From Okeania sp. (lineage in GTDB: Bacteria; Cyanobacteriota; Cyanobacteriia; Cyanobacteriales; Microcoleaceae), in NCBI RefSeq assembly GCF_035285525.1, contig NZ_JAYKGW010000240.1, positions 1-26,871 on the forward strand: a stretch of 26,871 nt of DNA. The letters run 5' to 3'. A program made the position numbers and the translations under genes. Positions 23,362 through 26,871 of the stretch are shown in pieces (the stretch's first letter is position 1; every line of letters starts with the position of its first letter). Below the pieces are notes generated by a model. That model was not told the origin of the DNA. It saw nothing but the letters and a program-made list of their open reading frames with translations, and ran no database searches.

Positions 23362-26175
23362 TCATACCGTCTCCGCAACAGTCGTCTCTACTGCAGGTTG
23401 CGGTTGAAACTGGAACATAGAATAAACCACATTCCGCCGAATATCCGTCATCATATCCAAAAACAACTCATAACCCTCACTCTTATACTCAATCAACGGA
23501 TCCTTCTGTCCATAACCCCGCAAACCAACAGACTCTCGTAACGCATCCATCTGTTGCAAATGCTCCCGCCACAAAGTATCAATTTGCTGCAAAATAAAGA
23601 AACGTTCCGCATCCCGCATCAAACCACCACGAATCTGATTCACCTGCGCCTCCTTAATATCATAAGCATTCCTCACCTGTTCGTGCATAAAAGTCTTAAT
23701 ATCCTCCATCGACAAATCGAACAACTGCTCCGGTGTCAAATCTGCCAACAAATACACAAACTCCTTCACCTTACTCACCAACTTATCCAACTCCCACTCT
23801 TCCGAAGGCAACTCCGGATTAATATACGCCTCCACAATATCATCCATAGTTTGCTCCGCATACTTAATCACCTGTTCCTTCAAATCCCTACCTTCCAATA
23901 CCCGTCGGCGTTCTGCATAAATCGCTCGACGTTGATTATTCATCACCTCATCATACTCAAACACCTGCTTCCGCATATCATAATAATATGTTTCCACCTT
24001 CTTCTGCGCACCTTCCAAAGAACGAGTCAACAACCCAGATTCAATTGGCATATCTTCCTCAACCCCAAACGCCTGCATCATTCCCGCCACGCGATCGCCA
24101 CCAAAAATCCGCAATAAATTATCCTCCAAACTCAAGAAAAATCTGGTCGAACCAGGGTCTCCTTGTCTTCCCGCTCTTCCTCGCAACTGATTATCAATCC
24201 TTCGTGACTCGTGACGCTCAGTACCAATAACGTGTAACCCACCACATTCCACTACTTGGTCATGTTCCTTATCTGTGTAACTCTCATATTCTTTGCGAAT
24301 TAAATTATAAACCTCTCTTAACTTTTGCACAACTTGGTCTTGAGTCGGAGCTTTTTCCGCAGCGATCGCTACCTTATCTTCCACCACCAACTCTGGTAGC
24401 GCTCTCTCTCCCCACTCTTTCACTGCAAAATCTACCGCTGATTTCAACATTGTCTCCGTTTGTGGAGACAACTGCACTGGGAATATTTGCGGTGAAACCT
24501 TCCAAGTTTTCAGCTTTTTCTCAGGATCAAAACCTTTTTTAGAACGAGACTTTTTCGTTCCTGATACTGGTCGCGCCATACCAAAACCATCATCATCTTC
24601 TGGTTTCACCACCTTAGGCATCAAATACTCCCGTACCTTCAACCTCGCCATATATTCAGCATTTCCACCCAAAATAATATCCGTACCTCTACCTGCCATA
24701 TTCGTCGCAATAGTCACCGCCCCACCACGACCTGCTTGCGCCACAATTTCAGATTCTCGCTCCACATTTTCTGGTTTCGCATTCAGCAGTTGGTGAGGAA
24801 CTTTCAACTGCCCCAACAACCGAGATAGTAACTCCGACTTTTCCACACTGGTTGTACCCACCAAAACCGGGCGACCTTTTTCGTGCATTTCGGCACACTC
24901 TTGAGCAATAGATTTCCATTTACCTGCTTCCGTTTTATAAACCACATCTGATAAATCTTGTCTACCTCTTGGTTTATTCGTAGGTATTATCGTCACCTGT
25001 AAATTATAAATTTTTTCAAATTCTGTTTCCTCTGTTTTTGCCGTTCCCGTCATTCCCGACAACTTCGGATAAAGTAGAAAGAAATTCTGATAAGTAATAG
25101 TTGCCAGCGTTTGAGTTTCTGGTTGAATATCCACCCTTTCTTTCGCCTCGATCGCCTGATGCAGACCATCACTCCAACGTCTTCCCTGCATTACCCTACC
25201 AGTAAACTCATCAACAATAACAACTTCCTCATCCTTGACAATATAGTTAACATCTTTGATAAATAATTCTTTTGCCTTAAGAGCATTAAACACAAAATGC
25301 GCCCAAGGATCTTCAGGATCGTATAAATCTGTTACTCCCAATAATTTTTCTGCTTCCGCAAAACCTTCATCAGTCAAAAGAACATTTCTAGCTTTTTCAT
25401 CCACTTCATAATGTTCCTTTTCTTTATCTAAACCTGCTGCAATCTGTGCTGCCTTAATATACTTTTCGCTCGGTCTTTCTACTTGCCCAGAAATAATCAA
25501 AGGAGTTCGTGCTTCATCCACTAATACCGAGTCAACTTCGTCAATAATACAAAAATTAAACGGACGTTGCACTACATCATCCATAGTAGTTGCCATATTA
25601 TCACGCAAGTAGTCAAATCCCACTTCACTGTTAGTAGCATAAGTAACATCACAAGCATAATTTCTTTTCCGTTCGTCTGGGTTCATACCCTGTTGAATTA
25701 ACCCTACACTTAAACCGAGAAACCGATGCACTTGTCCCATCCATTCCGCGTCTCTTCTGGCCAGGTAGTCATTAACAGTAATTACATGAACACCTTTACC
25801 TGTTAGAGCATTTAAGTATGCTGGTAAAGTAGAAACTAGAGTTTTACCTTCTCCAGTTTTCATCTCTGCGATTTGGCCTTGATGTAAAATAATGCCCCCC
25901 AATAATTGGACATCAAAGTGTCGCATACTTAGGACTCTCTTTCCTGCTTCTCGAACCACTGCAAAAGCTTCTGGTAGAATATCTTGTAATATTTCTTTTT
26001 CTTCATCCTTAGTTTTGGCTTTTTCTAGGATTTGTTTAAATTCTCCAGTTTTAGCCTTAAGTTCTATATCTGAAAGCTTTTGAATATCTTCTTCCAGAAC
26101 ATTAATATCTGTTACCCAAGGTTGAAATTTCTTGAGTTTACGTGCGTTAGGGTCTCCCAGAAGTTTTTTGAACAT
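23362..26175 (-). CDS. secA: Preprotein translocase ATPase SecA
   Basis: 937 aa. It contains [29 protein letters not shown] (Walker A), [21 protein letters not shown] (DEAD-like) and [10 protein letters not shown]. Confidence 0.98.
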   Translation of the reverse strand: MFKKLLGDPNARKLKKFQPWVTDINVLEEDIQKLSDIELKAKTGEFKQILEKAKTKDEEKEILQDILPEAFAVVREAGKRVLSMRHFDVQLLGGIILHQGQIAEMKTGEGKTLVSTLPAYLNALTGKGVHVITVNDYLARRDAEWMGQVHRFLGLSVGLIQQGMNPDERKRNYACDVTYATNSEVGFDYLRDNMATTMDDVVQRPFNFCIIDEVDSVLVDEARTPLIISGQVERPSEKYIKAAQIAAGLDKEKEHYEVDEKARNVLLTDEGFAEAEKLLGVTDLYDPEDPWAHFVFNALKAKELFIKDVNYIVKDEEVVIVDEFTGRVMQGRRWSDGLHQAIEAKERVDIQPETQTLATITYQNFFLLYPKLSGMTGTAKTEETEFEKIYNLQVTIIPTNKPRGRQDLSDVVYKTEAGKWKSIAQECAEMHEKGRPVLVGTTSVEKSELLSRLLGQLKVPHQLLNAKPENVERESEIVAQAGRGGAVTIATNMAGRGTDIILGGNAEYMARLKVREYLMPKVVKPEDDDGFGMARPVSGTKKSRSKKGFDPEKKLKTWKVSPQIFPVQLSPQTETMLKSAVDFAVKEWGERALPELVVEDKVAIAAEKAPTQDQVVQKLREVYNLIRKEYESYTDKEHDQVVECGGLHVIGTERHESRRIDNQLRGRAGRQGDPGSTRFFLSLEDNLLRIFGGDRVAGMMQAFGVEEDMPIESGLLTRSLEGAQKKVETYYYDMRKQVFEYDEVMNNQRRAIYAERRRVLEGRDLKEQVIKYAEQTMDDIVEAYINPELPSEEWELDKLVSKVKEFVYLLADLTPEQLFDLSMEDIKTFMHEQVRNAYDIKEAQVNQIRGGLMRDAERFFILQQIDTLWREHLQQMDALRESVGLRGYGQKDPLIEYKSEGYELFLDMMTDIRRNVVYSMFQFQPQPAVETTVAETV

Positions 26176-26226
26176 GGTTGTTATCTCAGTTAAATTCCTA
26201 ATTATTAATATGCAAAATGGTTGTTT

Positions 26227-26255
26227 TGTATACCATTTTTTATATATTTTGTCAA
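26227..26255 (-). promoter_or_regulatory. Putative sigma-70-type promoter of secA
   Basis: The minus strand reads TTGACA (26255-26250), a 17-nt spacer aaatatataaaaaatgg, then TATACA (26232-26227), about 50 nt upstream of the secA ATG. This is motif-based only, in AT-rich DNA. Confidence 0.3.
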
Positions 26256-26617
26256 TATAATTCTGATCTGAATTTAGTCAGCTTAGAACTATTTGGTTCT
26301 GAAAAAATTGGTATAAATTATTTTATCAAAAATCAACAGGGCGAGGTGTTATAATCGAAAAGCTTACAGCTATCTTCATTTTGTTAGACCAGAGTAGGAA
26401 GGTGTGATAGAATGCCCAAGGTTTTAGTTGTGGCAATGCCGTTTATCAATTTGACGCCATATCGGACTAATTATGTACAACATAAAATAGTCAAATTCTT
26501 GTAGTGCCAGCATCTTGCCGACGATAGATATAGTTAATAACAACACTAAGGGCTTTTATTAATGGATAGTTGATAATTACCTTTCCCTAAAAACAAAAAG
26601 ATTGACAAGTTTACCTA

Positions 26618-26751
26618 TATAGAAACTATTGGGTATCTATAAAATTAGGTGCAGAAATGGTAAATATGCGGCTATTTTTCTACCTTTTTTCCCTCCAGGG
26701 AGGGGTTAGGGGTGGGTTAACTCTTTTACCAAAATACCAAATGGGTTCTAT
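26618..26751. mobile_element. MITE-like element with TATAGAA...TTCTAT termini, copy 2
   Basis: Sequence is tatagaaactattgggtatctataaaattaggtgcagaaatggtaaatatgcggctatttttctaccttttttccctccagggaggggttaggggtgggttaactcttttaccaaaataccaaatgggttctat. The reverse complement of its right end equals the left end of copy 1 (atagaacccatttgg). Confidence 0.65.
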
Positions 26752-26871
26752 GAAAGTGTAATTTAGAACAAAAACAATTTCGGAATTCTCAGGAAATAGC
26801 AGAATATAAATTATCCCAATTTTTTACTTTATCATTAACCGAATTTTCATAACTAATAGGATAGTTTTTGA

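Noticed and set aside
23554-24230. ORF-track entries 23554..24117 (+), 23988..24230 (+) and 25892..26083 (+) inside secA
   Set aside because: They are antisense to a full-length, unmistakable secA. Their translations are low-complexity (H/L/Q/I-rich) and typical of the reverse frame of a coding region.
1-26871. Search for tRNA, rRNA, tmRNA, RNase P, riboswitch or group I/II intron signatures in the non-coding stretches (1213-1712, 1935-2533, 15241-15950, 26176-26871)
   Set aside because: I recognised no conserved cores (e.g. GGTTCGAATCC-type T-arms or rRNA blocks). The absence of evidence from reading by eye is not conclusive.

Overview
This window looks like chromosomal DNA from a filamentous, Nostocales-type cyanobacterium. 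That is inferred from the sequence alone: frequent HIP1 octamers (GCGATCGC), heptamer/octamer short tandem repeats, xisH/xisI genes, an mrp operon in the order C-D-E-F-G-A'-B, and a PEP-CTERM protein. All coordinates and translations were worked out by hand, and no database search was possible.

Intact housekeeping genes are pgk, a UspA-family protein, rbgA/ylqF, a seven-gene mrp Na+/H+ antiporter operon, oligopeptidase A (prlC) and secA.

Accessory content:
- A large surface protein, truncated at the left window edge. Its N-terminal domain carries thioester-domain-like Cys and (T)QxAIW motifs, followed by SdrD-B-like repeats.
- A minimal PEP-CTERM protein.
- An intact xisH-xisI pair facing a decayed xisH-xisI pair.
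- A leaderless protein with 10 FG-GAP/VCBS repeats.
- A vapBC-like cassette that is decayed.
- A co-oriented trio at 19903-22353: two TerB-like paralogs plus a protein with the tRNA-dependent cyclodipeptide synthase (CDPS) signature. No tailoring enzymes are nearby. This is the most interesting item and my best candidate for an undescribed module.

At least five accessory genes are pseudogenes, inactivated mainly by in-frame nonsense codons with the reading frame preserved. This suggests recent, point-mutation-driven genome erosion.

Intergenic regions are packed with several families of hairpin or MITE-like repeats. Some of these bracket the CDPS/TerB/vapBC block. I recognised no rRNA, tRNA or CRISPR array.
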